DNA of 64,000 nucleotides from Nitrospirota bacterium (GTDB lineage Bacteria > Nitrospirota > UBA9217). The notes beneath the pieces were generated by a model. That model did no database searches, was not told the DNA's origin, and was given only the letters and a program-made list of their open reading frames with translations. The DNA is taken from the NCBI GenBank assembly GCA_963741205.1, contig CAVUHW010000010.1:1-64000 (forward strand), in the 5' to 3' direction. Below are positions 13,710 to 24,608 of this stretch, piece by piece (the first letter of the stretch is position 1; each line of letters starts with the position of its first letter). A program made the translations under genes and the position numbers.

Positions 13710-16627
13710 CTAAAACAGCGCCGGCGCCCAGAGGTTGAAGATGAGAAACGTCTCCTTCTTCTCGTCAAGTCCCTTGGCCAAGCCGATCCTGAGGGTGAGC
13801 GGAAGGTAATAGGCGAAGAACACGTCGAAACGCGCCTCGGCGCCGATCGATTTTTTGAAATCCCTGCTGCGGAAGGCATCGTCCCAGGCATTGCCTGCCT
13901 CGGCGAAAAGCGCGCCGTGGAGCCTTCTGAAGTAGAGGGGCCCGTTGCCGCCGATCCCTGACTCGATGTCCGCGACGGGGAAACGGTACTCAAGGCTGGC
14001 CAATGCGACCTTGCTTCCCCGGAATTCATTCGGCCTGTAGCCCCGCAGAAAAACGGATTCCTGCTCGACATTGATGGTGATGTCTCCGGGGTTGTCCCCG
14101 CCGAGCTGAAACGCGCGCTGGGGGATCACATCTCCCCTCGATCCGCCGGCGAAGAACCGCGCCAGGAGCACTTGATGTCTGCCGGGTAGGTTCAAATATT
14201 CATGCCAGTCCGCAGTGTATTTTCGGATTGTGAAATCGCTGCCAAAGGAATTATCGAACTGCTCATAGCCCAGTGCGATGGTCCTGCCGTTTTCCGGGCT
14301 GATGGAGTTGATGTATGTGTGTGCGTTGTTATATATATAGCTGATCCGGCCCGAGGCCAAAAGGCCTTCAGCCGGGACCACTCCCTGGTAGCCCGCCGGA
14401 ATCTGCGTCAAGGCTGAAATATCCTTCATCCGGTAGCCGACGACAAGGGAGTGCTGGTTCTCGAGCGTGAGGAACGGATAGACGAGGGAGGCATCGAGAA
14501 TTCTTTGTCGCTCCGTATAGTTCCTGGTCCCGGCGGGATCGGACAGCAGGTCGGGGAAGGTCGCGTCAGTATCGGACGCAGCCAGCAGGATGGTCGGGTA
14601 AAGGCCGTCGTACGTGTAATTGAACTGTGTACCACTTGCGGTGGGTCTGCGGGCCGTAGAGCCCTTCCAGGAAATAGGCGTGGTGGCCGACAGCGTCCTG
14701 TCCGGAGGTCAGGAAGCCGTACAAATCGCGGCTTGCTTCGCTGTATGTATACCAGGGGAGCCAGTACCTCGGAACGAGCGTGGGGAGCGGGTTGTAGCGG
14801 CTGGCCTTCGTCTCCACCGGCTTGTCGTTATAGGTTACGACCGGATAAGGATCGGTATACGGCCCGGCCGGCGTCCAGGACCACGGGTCCGTGCTCATCA
14901 GGTGAAGATCGTATCCGGTTGAACTGTAGAAGGAGAAGGCGAGCGTCTTTCCGTCGGGCGATAGCGAGGGAGTGAACGCACCGCCCAGAACGTTCGTGAC
15001 CTGGAAGATTTTTTTTGATGCCAGTTCATAGGCAAAGAGGTTGAAGATGCCGGTCCTGTCAGAGGTAAAATAAATGAATTTGCCGTCAGGGCTCCAGACG
15101 GCGCCGCCGTCGATGGCCCGGTCGTGCATGAGTTCCTCGATCTTGTTCCCGCCGGCATCGAGGATCCAGATGTCCTTGTAACCGCCTGGCTGCCACACGT
15201 CGACCGCGATCATGGTCCCGTCCGGGCTGTACCGCGGCGTTTCGTACTGGTCCGCGCTCTCCTCCGAGAGCCACGTAATGTCTTTCTCCTGTACCGGCTC
15301 AAGGGAGGTCACGCGGAACGGCCAAGGTTCCGAGCCTGGTTTTACCCAGCTTGTTCGCCACGAACACGAGCCTTTTCCCGTCAGGAGTCGGGTACGGGTC
15401 GCGCGCCCGGAGCGCGTAGGTGACACGCGTTTCCCTTTTCTTCTTCAGGTCGTAATAGTAGATATCGTTGTAGAAGTCCGTGTTCCTGTGGATGTCGAAC
15501 TTGGTGTAGTAGATGCGGGTCCCGTCCGGGCTCCACGCAATGCTGCTGCCGGATGAAGTGGATGAGGTCGTGTTCTCCACGAGCATGCGGTCATCCGTCC
15601 CGTCGCTGTTCATCACGTGGATGGACGGGAATTCGTCGGCGTTTGAGACAGCGTAGGCGATGAGCTTCCCGTCGGGAGAGATGGCCGGATCGATGTTGCG
15701 ATAGCCCCGCGTCGTGACCGGTTGCGACGAGGTCAGGCCCCTTGCCGTCACCTCGTCCCGCACACGTGCGTAGCGTGCGCGAAGCTGATTGTGCCACTCG
15801 TCCCATAGATCCGCGTACTCCTGCTTCAGGACCCGTTGGCCCGTGGAACCGACGAGGAAGGGGAAATACCTTCCGCTGTAAGCCTCAGAGATTTCGGCGA
15901 GCTTCTCCCTGGCCGTACTTTTCTGCGATATAGCTGATAAAGCCTTCGCCGAACAGGTACGGGAACATCGGCCCCGGGCCAGAAGTCGGGATAGACCGTT
16001 GCCTGGCCCATATTGGGAAACCGATTCTCAAGAACGGCCATGCGGATGATCATGTCGAACCCCGGCGAGCGGCCGCGGCCGCCGGAGGTCTGCTCGGTTT
16101 CTTCGTAAACGGCAAGGCCTTCGATCATCCAGATGGGATTAAGCGCATTGGGGAAGTAAATGCGTCCGAATAACGTCTGCAGCACCCCGCCCAGGCCGCC
16201 GTCTACCATATCGATGTGCAGGACGTGGGTATATTCATGCGTAAATCACGAGCCTCAGCCACTCGTCATAGACCAAGGTCCCGAAGCCGGGCTCTCCCAG
16301 CGGCGGCGTTATGAAGAGCGAGATAAGATTGTAGGGAAAGGTGGTGGTCGTTCCGTTCGATGTGTCAAAACCGTCCACGAGGACCACGTGGGTCCTGCCC
16401 TTCGGGTCCCACTTAAGGAGCGGGACGAGCCGTTCGTGCACGTCCTCGGCGATCACCGCCGTGCGCTTCGCGATCTCCTCCTCGCCCTGGTGATAATGGA
16501 TGAGAAAGTGCGGCGTTGTAAGCGTGGTCCATACGAAGGCCGGATCGAACTTTGCGAAGGAAAGAGGGGCGTAAACGAGGACCATGATGCCGACAAGGAG
16601 GATCTTCTTCAATGCATGCTCCAACAA
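13710..16627 (-). CDS. Outer-membrane protein: zinc-peptidase-like N-domain + TolB/PD40 beta-propeller + Omp85/BamA barrel (frameshifted)
   Basis: Signal peptide; VITHEYTH across an indel and WMIEGLAVYEE; repeated SPDG blades; LRGY lid motif, LEYRFP, and C-terminal Phe. Confidence 0.8.
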
Positions 16628-16753
16628 GCACGGGATTTTACCAACTCTAGAATAAAAGCATATCAGACAGGGTCGTTAAGTCAAGACAATAGTCGCGGCC
16701 GCCGTGGAGGTCTGACGGACAGCGGCTGCAGAGGATGCCGACAGGGCTGGTCT

Positions 16754-17477
16754 TCAGCCCTGGTGAACGTCCTGTTTCGACAGGTCCCTTTTGACCCGGT
16801 ACCTGCCGAAGATGATCACACCGAGTGCAACGGCGGTTTCGACGGAATAGGCCATCAGTTTTGTCGGAGCCATGAGCCGTGTGACAACGGGATCGGTGAT
16901 GATCATCTCCGCCCCGATCTTGCCCAGGAGCGCCGCGCCGATATAGATGATGACGGGGAACTTGTCCATGAGCATGGACAGGAGGCTGCTGGTGAACACG
17001 ATGAAGGGGATGGAGAGGCCCAGCCCGAAGAGGAGCAGATAGAAGTTGCCGTGGGAGGCCGCGCCAACGGCGAGCATGTTGTCTAGCGCCATGGTGATGT
17101 CGGCGATCACGATGAGCTTGATGGCATGCCAGAGCGATGCCGCTTCCTGGTGAGTCTCCGCCGCCTCCTCGTCCTCGACAAAGAGCTTGACGGCGATCCA
17201 GACGATGACGATGCCGCCGATCAGTTTGACGTAACTGAGGGACAGCATCCTGCGCCACGAAGAACGTGAGCACGACGCGGAGCAGCACGGCCGCAAGGGA
17301 CCCGAAGACGATCCCCTTTCGTCTCTGTGCCTTGGGGAGGGACCTGACCGCCATGGCAATGACCACGGCGTTGTCTCCCGCTAAAATAAGATCGATGATG
17401 ACGATGCTGAAAAGACTCGAAAGGAATTGCGCGTCGAAGTTGATCGTACCGACTGCGGTAAAATCCAAAACACCCAC
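16754..17477 (-). CDS. TerC-family (YjbE-like) membrane protein (frameshifted)
   Basis: IDLILAGDNAVVIAMA and IVIADITMALDNMLAVGAAS motifs. Confidence 0.9.
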
Positions 17478-17482
17478 CTCTC

Positions 17483-17516
17483 AAAAAAAGGGCGGCAGGG
17501 AATGCGCCTGCCGCCC
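17483..17516 (-). terminator. Rho-independent terminator
   Basis: Minus strand GGGCGGCAGG-loop-CCTGCCGCCC followed by T7. Confidence 0.7.
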
Positions 17517-17535
17517 GAAGATCCTCTCTTGAATA

Positions 17536-17697
17536 CTAGTGTCCAGCCGGGAAGAATGTGTAACTCACCCAGACGAGGATGCCCAAAAGGGCGACTCCCA
17601 GGCCGATGCTCCACCCGATGAGCTTCTTTTCCACGGGAAGGAGCGGCTCGTACTCCATCTTTTTCAACTCTTCCGATAATTTCGGTTTTTCTGCCAT
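17536..17697 (-). CDS. 53-aa single-TM membrane protein, partner of the YeiH-type exporter (absent from ORF track)
   Basis: AAGGAG SD; MAEKPKLSEELKKMEYEPLLPVEKKLIGWSIGLGVALLGILVWVSYTFFPAGH-stop. Confidence 0.75.
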   Translation of the reverse strand: MAEKPKLSEELKKMEYEPLLPVEKKLIGWSIGLGVALLGILVWVSYTFFPAGH

Positions 17698-17715
17698 GTC
17701 TCTGTCTCCTTTCCG

Positions 17716-19426
17716 TTAGCCTGCCAGCGGCGGTTTCACGCCGTGGAAGAATATCCATGAAATGATCAGCCCGACCCAGATGATGAACCCGAACAGCGAG
17801 ATCACATAGACCGCGGCCAGCTTGCCGATCCCTTCCTCCCAGAGTTTCTTGAAGTTCGACACGAGGCCGATGGTGAAGAAGGTCATGGTGAAGAAGATCC
17901 CCCGGAAGATGTTGGCTGCGCCCGTGGCAGACTTCGCCGCCTTCATGGTGCCGCTCGGACCTTTTAACTGATTATTCAGGTCCGCGAGCTGGCGCCCTGT
18001 CTTTCCCGAGCCTGGTCGGTCAGGGGGCCGACAGCAGCCTTGTCCTTTTCGATCTGGGCCTTCAGAGCCGCAATGGTAGCCTTGTCCTTTTTATTGGTAG
18101 ACGTAAGCTGGTCCTGCTCGGCCTTGAGCTGCTTCGTCAAGGCGGCAAGCTGGGTCTCTTCGGCCGCCACCTTTTTCGCTATCGGCGCGGCCTGGTCGCC
18201 CAGGGCGGTGGCGCTCTTGGACGCAGGCACGCAGATCCAGCAGGATGACCGAAGGTAACGACGTAGCCGATGACGAATTTGGGGAAGCGGTTCCAGATCT
18301 CGCCCGCTCCGACCTTTTCGCCGGGTTTACGCTCGATGACGGTGGTCCAGATGATGGCCAGGATGAAGGCCCACACCCCGATGAAGATGTCGATGAACAC
18401 CTTCACGGTCGTTGCGGCGCCCATGATCCAGCCTTCCTTATAATTCACCCCGTCCGCCGCGAGCGCCTTGGCGCGGATGAGCGAGTCCGCAATGGCGCCG
18501 GAGGCCACCGCAGCCCCGTCCGTCTTGACCGCCAGGCCCATCCATGCGCCCGCCACCATGGGTTCCTTATAGAGGAAGTTCTCGGCGATAAAGGGAAGGG
18601 CGATGAGCTCGACCACGGCGAAGATCACCACGAGAGAGGAGACCATGATGGGGATCACCGGCCGGGCCCTGATCGCGCCGCCCGTGGCAATCGCCGCCGA
18701 CACGCCGCAGATCGAAATGCCGGAGGCCAGGGGCGCGGCCCATTCCCGGTTGAACTTGAAGTACTTCCGGGCGATGTAATAAACGACAGCCCAGTAGATG
18801 AGATATGCCTCGACGATGGCGCAGAGGCCGCGGAACATGACCGCGGAGGCGAGCCCCAGCTTTTCCGCGGCCGTGACACCCAGGAACCCGCCCAGGATCA
18901 CGATGGCGGTCTTGATGTACCATTCGGGCCGGACCCCTTCCTTGATCGAGTCGGCAAAGGACGGGAAGAAATTGCCGAAGAAGAGTCCCGCGAGGAGGGC
19001 GATGATGAACCCGGCCTCTGCCGTGAGCTTTAAGGACCAGGGGATCCCCCACTTATGCATATCCGGAGGCGTGGTCACCGCGATGTTGGCCCAGCTTCCG
19101 AGGATCCAGCAGATGTAGCTGATCCAGAATACGACGGAAAAACTCAGAATGAACTTTGGTATGTCCGCTTTGAGCGCGACGGCGCCCGCTGTCATGATGA
19201 CGAGAAGGACTACGTAGGTAACGATGAGAGAGCCCAGCCCGCCGAGGCCGGCATATGCTGCGGAGAACGGTTTTAACGCCTTCGATACATCCGTCCATAC
19301 CCCTGTCGTGACACCCCATCCGAGGATGTCCATGCCGGCGAAGGCCCCGAGGGAGAGAACAAAGATGAACAGCCCGATCCATACTGACAGCCAGTCTTCG
19401 CTGATGCCTTTTGGTTTTTCTTCCAT
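17716..19426 (-). CDS. Putative sulfate exporter (YeiH/PSE) family transporter (frameshifted)
   Basis: ISEDWLSVWIG, IKTAIVILG, ASGISICGVSAAIAT, RFPKFVIG and FFTIGL. Many TM helices. Confidence 0.85.
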
Positions 19427-19697
19427 GCTGATGTGGTCCCCCTTTCCCAATTTGAGTATTTCATCACGCAACAATTTCCCTTGTTCCATGCTGAAAACAC
19501 TTCAGGCAAACGGCGGATCCGCCACTCACATCACCTCCCCATGATAGAACACCTTTGCTGCAAGATCATATCATATACGATAGCGGCAGTCTGAGTCCCG
19601 CGACGCTGGAATCGCAGTCAAGTCAGCGGGCTTCCAACACTCCTTCCTTTTGATTTCTTGAGATTTCAACAAAGTATGATACTGCGGGCTCTCCTTG

Positions 19698-22460
19698 TCA
19701 AGCTGTTTTTTGGACGCGTTTAATCAGTTTTTCGATCTCAACAGCGATAAAAACGATCGACGAGAGGCCGAGGACCGCGGCAAGTTCGACAAGGCTCAGG
19801 GACTGGGTCCTGAACAGGGGATTCAAAGACGGGATGTAGATCGTTGCAAGTTGAAGCACGAAGGATAGAAGCACGCTCCCCAAAAGAGGAATGTTCGAAA
19901 GAATGCCCTGGGTGAACAGGGATTGCCGTTCCGACCGGATGGCCATGACATGGCCGAGTTGGAGGAAGCAGAGGACGGAAAAGACCATGGTCTGCCAGTG
20001 CGCGTCCCCGATATGGATCGCCCAGGCCTGGAGCGAGAGCATGACCGCGGCCATGAGCAGGCCGACCCAGACCGCGTGGATGCCGAGGCCGTGGGCGAAT
20101 ATGCTTTCTTTCGGGCTGCGCGGCGGCCGGTTCATCACGTCGCCTTCGTCCGGCTCCAGGGAGAGGGCGAGGGCCGGCAGGCCGTCGGTCATGAGATTGA
20201 TCCAGAGGATGTGGATCGGCTGGAGCGGGATGGGAAGGCCGAAGAAGGGCGCGAGGAAGAGCGTCCAGATCTCGCCGGAGTTGGTCGAGAGCAGGTACTT
20301 GACGAACTTCCGGATATTGTCGTAGATCCTGCGGCCTTCCTTCACCGCCTTCACGATGGTCGCGAAATTGTCGTCCAGGAGGATCATGGACGAGGCCTCC
20401 TTGGCAACGTCCGTTCCCGTGATCCCCATGGCAACGCCGATGTCCGCGGCCTTGAGCGCAGGCGCGTCGTTCACGCCGTCGCCGGTCATGGCCACGTAAT
20501 GGCCGCGGTCCTGCAGGGCCTTCACGATTTTTAATTTCTGCTCCGGGGCCACCCGGGCATAGACACGGATGTGATTCGACCCGCTTCTCGAACTCGTCGA
20601 GGGAAAGCTCGTCAAGCTCTCTGCCGGTGATCACCGCCCCGGGATCGTCCGATTCGAGGATGCCGACCCGTCCCGCGATGACCCGCGCGGTCAGGGGATG
20701 GTCTCCGGTGATCATGACCGGCGTGATGCCCGCCGATCTTGCAGCGGGCCACGGACTCTTTCGCTTCCTCCCGCGGCGGGTCCATCATGCCGGTAAGGCC
20801 GAGGAGCGTGAGGCCGGCTTCAACCGTATGAGCAGACGCCGGAGGAACGCTGTCCCAGGTCCGCATGGCAATAGCCCATGACCCGAAGCCCCTCGGCCGC
20901 CATGCGGTCATGGACCGCGAGGACCTCATTCCGGTCGATAGGTTTCAACCCATCCGAGGTGAGGACAGAGTCCGCTCGGTCGATCAGCGAGTCGAGCGCG
21001 CCTTTGGTGAAGGAAACGTAATTGGCGGCGGCGAGAGATGACGGACCCCCGATAAAAGCATTCGAGGGCAGGCTTTGGACGACGGACGCAGAGGGGATTT
21101 GATGAATCGTCGTCATGAGCTTGCGCTCGGAATCGAAGGGCAGCTCGGCTACACGCGGAAATTCTTTTTCCAGGATTGCCTTCTCGAATCCCCGGGCGCG
21201 CGCGAGGGAAAAGAGCGCCGCTTCCGTGGGATCGCCGATGATGTTCCCCGAGGGGTCAAGCCGCGCGTCGTTGGACAGGGCGAGGGCGGTGAGGAAAGCC
21301 GAATGCGGAATGCCGAGAATCAGGGAGTATGCGGAATGCGGAATACAGGAATCCCCCTCTCCCCTTGCGGGAGAGGGCCGGGGTGAGGGGGTATTCCGAA
21401 CTTCGAACTCCGAACTATGAACTGTTACCCGTCCACCCACACCTCCTCCACCGTCATCCTGTTGATCGTGAGGGTCCCGGTCTTGTCGGTGCAGATGTAC
21501 GTGACCGAGCCGAGCGTCTCGACTGCGGGGAGCTTTCTGACGAGGGCGTTCCTCTTTACCATCTTGCGCGCGCCGAGGGCAAGGGCTATCGTAACGACCG
21601 CGGGCAGGGCCTCGGGGATGGCGGCAACGGCGAGGCTGACCGCGACCAGGAACATCTCGACGGCCCGCTCTCCCCGAAGCAGGCCCGCGGCGAAGATAAC
21701 GGCGCAGATCGTAAGAATGGCGTAGGCGAGTTTTTTACCGAAGACCGCAAGCCGCTTCTGGAGCGGCGTCTTGCCCTCGTCCTCCTGCTGGAGCATGGTC
21801 GCGATCCTGCCGAGCTCCGTGTTCATGCCCGTGGCCGTCACGACGGCGACGGCGCGGCCGTACGTAACGAAGGTGCCTTTGTACAGCATGTTCTTCCGGT
21901 CCCCCAGGGGGAGGGACTCCTCCGGGACGGCGTCCGACTGCTTTTCCACAGGCAGGGACTCCCCGGTCATGGCAGCCTCCTGGACCTTCAGGCGCGCGGC
22001 ATCGAGGACGCGCATGTCCGCGGGAACGACATTGCCGGCTTCGAGCAGGACGATGTCTCCGGGGACCAGATCGGCCGCGGAAACGGTATGGTGCCCGCCG
22101 CCGCGAAGCGCGACCGCATTGGCGGAAGCCATCTTCCTCAAGGCCGCTATCGCCTTTTCAGCCCGGTACTCCTGGCTGAAACCGAGCGCCGCGTTCAACA
22201 GGACGATGACGATGATCGCAACGGCGTCGGAGGCTTCGCCGATTATCCCGGAGATCACCGCGGCCGCAATGAGCACCAGGATCATGAAGTCGGTGAACTG
22301 TTCGAGAAACATCGAGATAGCCGTTTTTCTCTTTTTCTCGACGAGTTCGTTCGGACCGAACTGTGTCCAGGCGCGCGCGGGCTTCCTCCGCGGTGAGGCC
22401 GTGAAGTCCTGACTTGAGTTCGGCAAGCGCGTCTTTGGCGGTCATCTGGTGAAAATGCAA
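19698..22460 (-). CDS. Cation-transporting P-type ATPase, SERCA-like type IIA (frameshifted)
   Basis: [34 protein letters not shown] and [10 protein letters not shown]. Confidence 0.93.
21298..21423. repeat. Composite repeat inserted in the ATPase coding region
   Basis: Hairpin CCCCCTCTCCCCTTGCGGGAGAGGGCCGGGGTGAGGGGG (21353-21391) flanked by GCGGAAT and TCCGAAC heptamer runs. Confidence 0.75.
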
Positions 22461-22491
22461 AGGACCCTCCGCGAAAATCCGGAATTTATAC

Positions 22492-22572
22492 TGTCATACC
22501 TGCGAAAGCAGGTATCCATTGGCTTTCATCAAATAAACTTCAACATGGATTCCCGCTTTCGCGGGAATGACA
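22492..22572. repeat. GTCAT-type palindromic element (paired arms)
   Basis: GTCATACCTGCGAAAGCAGGTATCCA ... TGGATTCCCGCTTTCGCGGGAATGAC. Confidence 0.8.
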
Positions 22573-22743
22573 AAAGAGATTTAGTACCAAAAGGTAGCAT
22601 GGTTTTGTTTGCTTGTAAAGACATCGCGCGGTCATTGGCCTCCGACTACGCGGCATGGCCGATGGCTTATCTATCGTGTTGCGTGATATAATTAAAAGAG
22701 CTCATTCTTGTCCTGTTCCGGACGAATGCAAGGCGAATCATTC

Positions 22744-23093
22744 ATGTCCATCAACTTCCGGCTTCATAGCACTCCTTTTTTTTCTCCTTCTGTCCAGTTG
22801 CTCCGCGAAACATCTTGGACCGGAAGTGCGGGACGGAACTGTGCGGTTTGAATTTTACGCGCCAAAGGCTTCCCGTGTCGCTGTTGCCGGAAGTTTTAAC
22901 CGGTGGGACCCGAGCGAAGAACGCTCTGTCCGGGCCGGATCGTAAAGGCATATGGACCATCACCCTGGAACTTCCCGAGGGGCGGTATGAATACCTCTTT
23001 GTCGTGGACGGCAATAAATGGCTGCCGGACCCCGGCGCCCTCTCAGTCGACGACGGGCTTGGGGGCAGGAATTCGGTCGTTGAGGTACGATGA
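22744..23093 (+). CDS. Small lipoprotein with a CBM48/AMPK-type glycogen-binding domain (frameshifted; start uncertain)
   Basis: Hydrophobic stretch with LLSSC lipobox; RVAVAGSFNRW, GIWTITLELPEGRYEYLFVVDGNKWLPDP and DDGLGGRNS. Confidence 0.8.
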
Positions 23094-23112
23094 TCCTAAA
23101 AGAGTGCTTCGG

Positions 23113-23241
23113 GACGCGGAAAAATCGGAAACTGCGGACGACTTCGGAGAAAAAAACGGGTGCGTGGTTGAGAAATGCGTTATTGGACAGACGGTGATGA
23201 ATTTTTCTTTATCCGGTTTTTTCGGTGTTTCCGCCGTTTCC
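23113..23241. repeat. Inverted nonamer-periodic element
   Basis: gacgcggaaaaatcggaaactgcgga ... tccggttttttcggtgtttccgccgtttcc; arms with ~9-bp periodicity. Confidence 0.55.
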
Positions 23242-23265
23242 ATGTCCAAAAGAAGTTGTTCACGC

Positions 23266-23292
23266 TGTAACCTTTGGGCATCTCAACCGTCT
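23266..23292 (+). promoter_or_regulatory. ECF-type promoter upstream of the ECF sigma gene
   Basis: TGTAAC-N16-CGTCT, matching the general ECF AAC/CGT (SigW-like) layout. Confidence 0.7.
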
Positions 23293-23393
23293 TATAGTTA
23301 AAAAGAGGAACCGGTTTCCCGCCTTTGGCGGGAGCACGGATAAGTCATTGAAATGGCGGGGACCTGCCGGTTCTCCCATCTCGTGAGTACATC

Positions 23394-23978
23394 ATGAATG
23401 AACGTACGACATCCGATGAATATGACCTTATCCGGCGATGCCTCGAAGGCGATACGGACAGGTTCTCCCTACTGGTGGAAAGGTACAAGTCGATGATGTA
23501 TTCCATCGCATACAGGATGCTCGGAGATCAGGACGCAGCCAACGACATGGCGCAGGAAAGCTTCATTGCAGCGTATACGAGTCTCGGGAGCTTTCAATAC
23601 GGATCCAAGTTTTCGACGTGGCTGTATCAGATCCTGATGAACAAGTGCCGGGACTACCTGAGGTCCGGAAAGAACAAAGTCTCCGTAGATGAAATCGCTG
23701 AACTGCGGTCGGACCCGAAGGACACGCCGGAGCAGTCCGCGCAGGCGCACGAGTTGAGCGATGCGGTCCAGAAGGCGCTCGACGGTTTGCCGCCGGACTA
23801 CCGCGAGGTGATCGTGCTGAAACACATCGAAGAGCTGGATTATGAAGAGATATCGAGGATCCTGGGCGCGAGCGTGGCGGCGCTTAAGGTGAGGGCGCAC
23901 CGGGGCAGGGAAATGCTCAGGAACATCCTGGAACAGGCGGGTATGAACGATGAACAAGGAAACCGAAATAATTCATAG
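23394..23978 (+). CDS. ECF RNA polymerase sigma factor
   Basis: Region 2 (DMAQESFI, KFSTWLYQILMNKCRD) and region 4 (LPPDYREVIVL, YEEISRILG, KVRAHRGR). Confidence 0.93.
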   Translation: MNERTTSDEYDLIRRCLEGDTDRFSLLVERYKSMMYSIAYRMLGDQDAANDMAQESFIAAYTSLGSFQYGSKFSTWLYQILMNKCRDYLRSGKNKVSVDEIAELRSDPKDTPEQSAQAHELSDAVQKALDGLPPDYREVIVLKHIEELDYEEISRILGASVAALKVRAHRGREMLRNILEQAGMNDEQGNRNNS

Positions 23979-24608
23979 ATATTTTGACGGGGACATGACC
24001 GCGGCTGAGAAAGAGGCTTTCATGCATGCGTCTTTCCTCCGAGCCCGGGCTCAAAAAAGAGTTCGATGCCTTCGGAAGTGCGCTCCGCATGGTGGCGGCG
24101 AGCCCGCGGCCGGCAGTTCCTCCGGCGTTCACCACGGATGTCATGAAACGGCTGCCCGTGCGAAGCAAGCCGTTCGGCGAGCGGCTCAGGATATTTCTGT
24201 TCGCGGGCACGGACACTTCAGTGGAATATGGCCGCCGCCCTCGCGACAGCGCTCGTGCTGATCGTGAGTACGACGGTGGTATTCCGAGAGCACATTATTC
24301 CGTCAGGCCCAACCGCAGCAATCCGTCAGGCTGCGCAGGAGACCGCCGTAACCGTGCGCCTGAACCTCTATGCCCCTCAGGCGAAGAACGTTGCCGTATC
24401 CGGAGACTTCAACAAGTGGAAGGTAGATGCCGATGTGATGAGCAGACAGGAAGGCGGGGTCTGGACCATAGACATGAAACTGAAGCCCGGGGTCTATACC
24501 TACATGTTCGTTGTTGACGGCAAGGCATGGATCACGGACCCTGACGCGGAAACGTACCAGGACGATGGTTTCGGGAACAAGAATGCCGTGATGAGGGTGA
24601 GAACATGA
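23950..24608 (+). CDS. Membrane anti-sigma factor with a C-terminal CBM48 glycogen-binding domain (frameshifted)
   Basis: Overlaps the sigma stop; N-terminal IHRYFDGDM anti-sigma-like helices; one TM (AAALATALVLIVST); VAVSGDFNKW...GVYTYMFVVDGKAWITDP. Confidence 0.82.

Noticed and set aside
16235-16237. TGA as a second selenocysteine codon
   Set aside because: Removing one base restores VITHEYTH; it is an indel artefact, not a Cys position.
19464-19540. Short CxxC leader peptide upstream of the YeiH exporter
   Set aside because: A GGAGG is present, but its spacing to that GTG is only 4 nt, alternative starts give other tiny ORFs, and no attenuator was seen.
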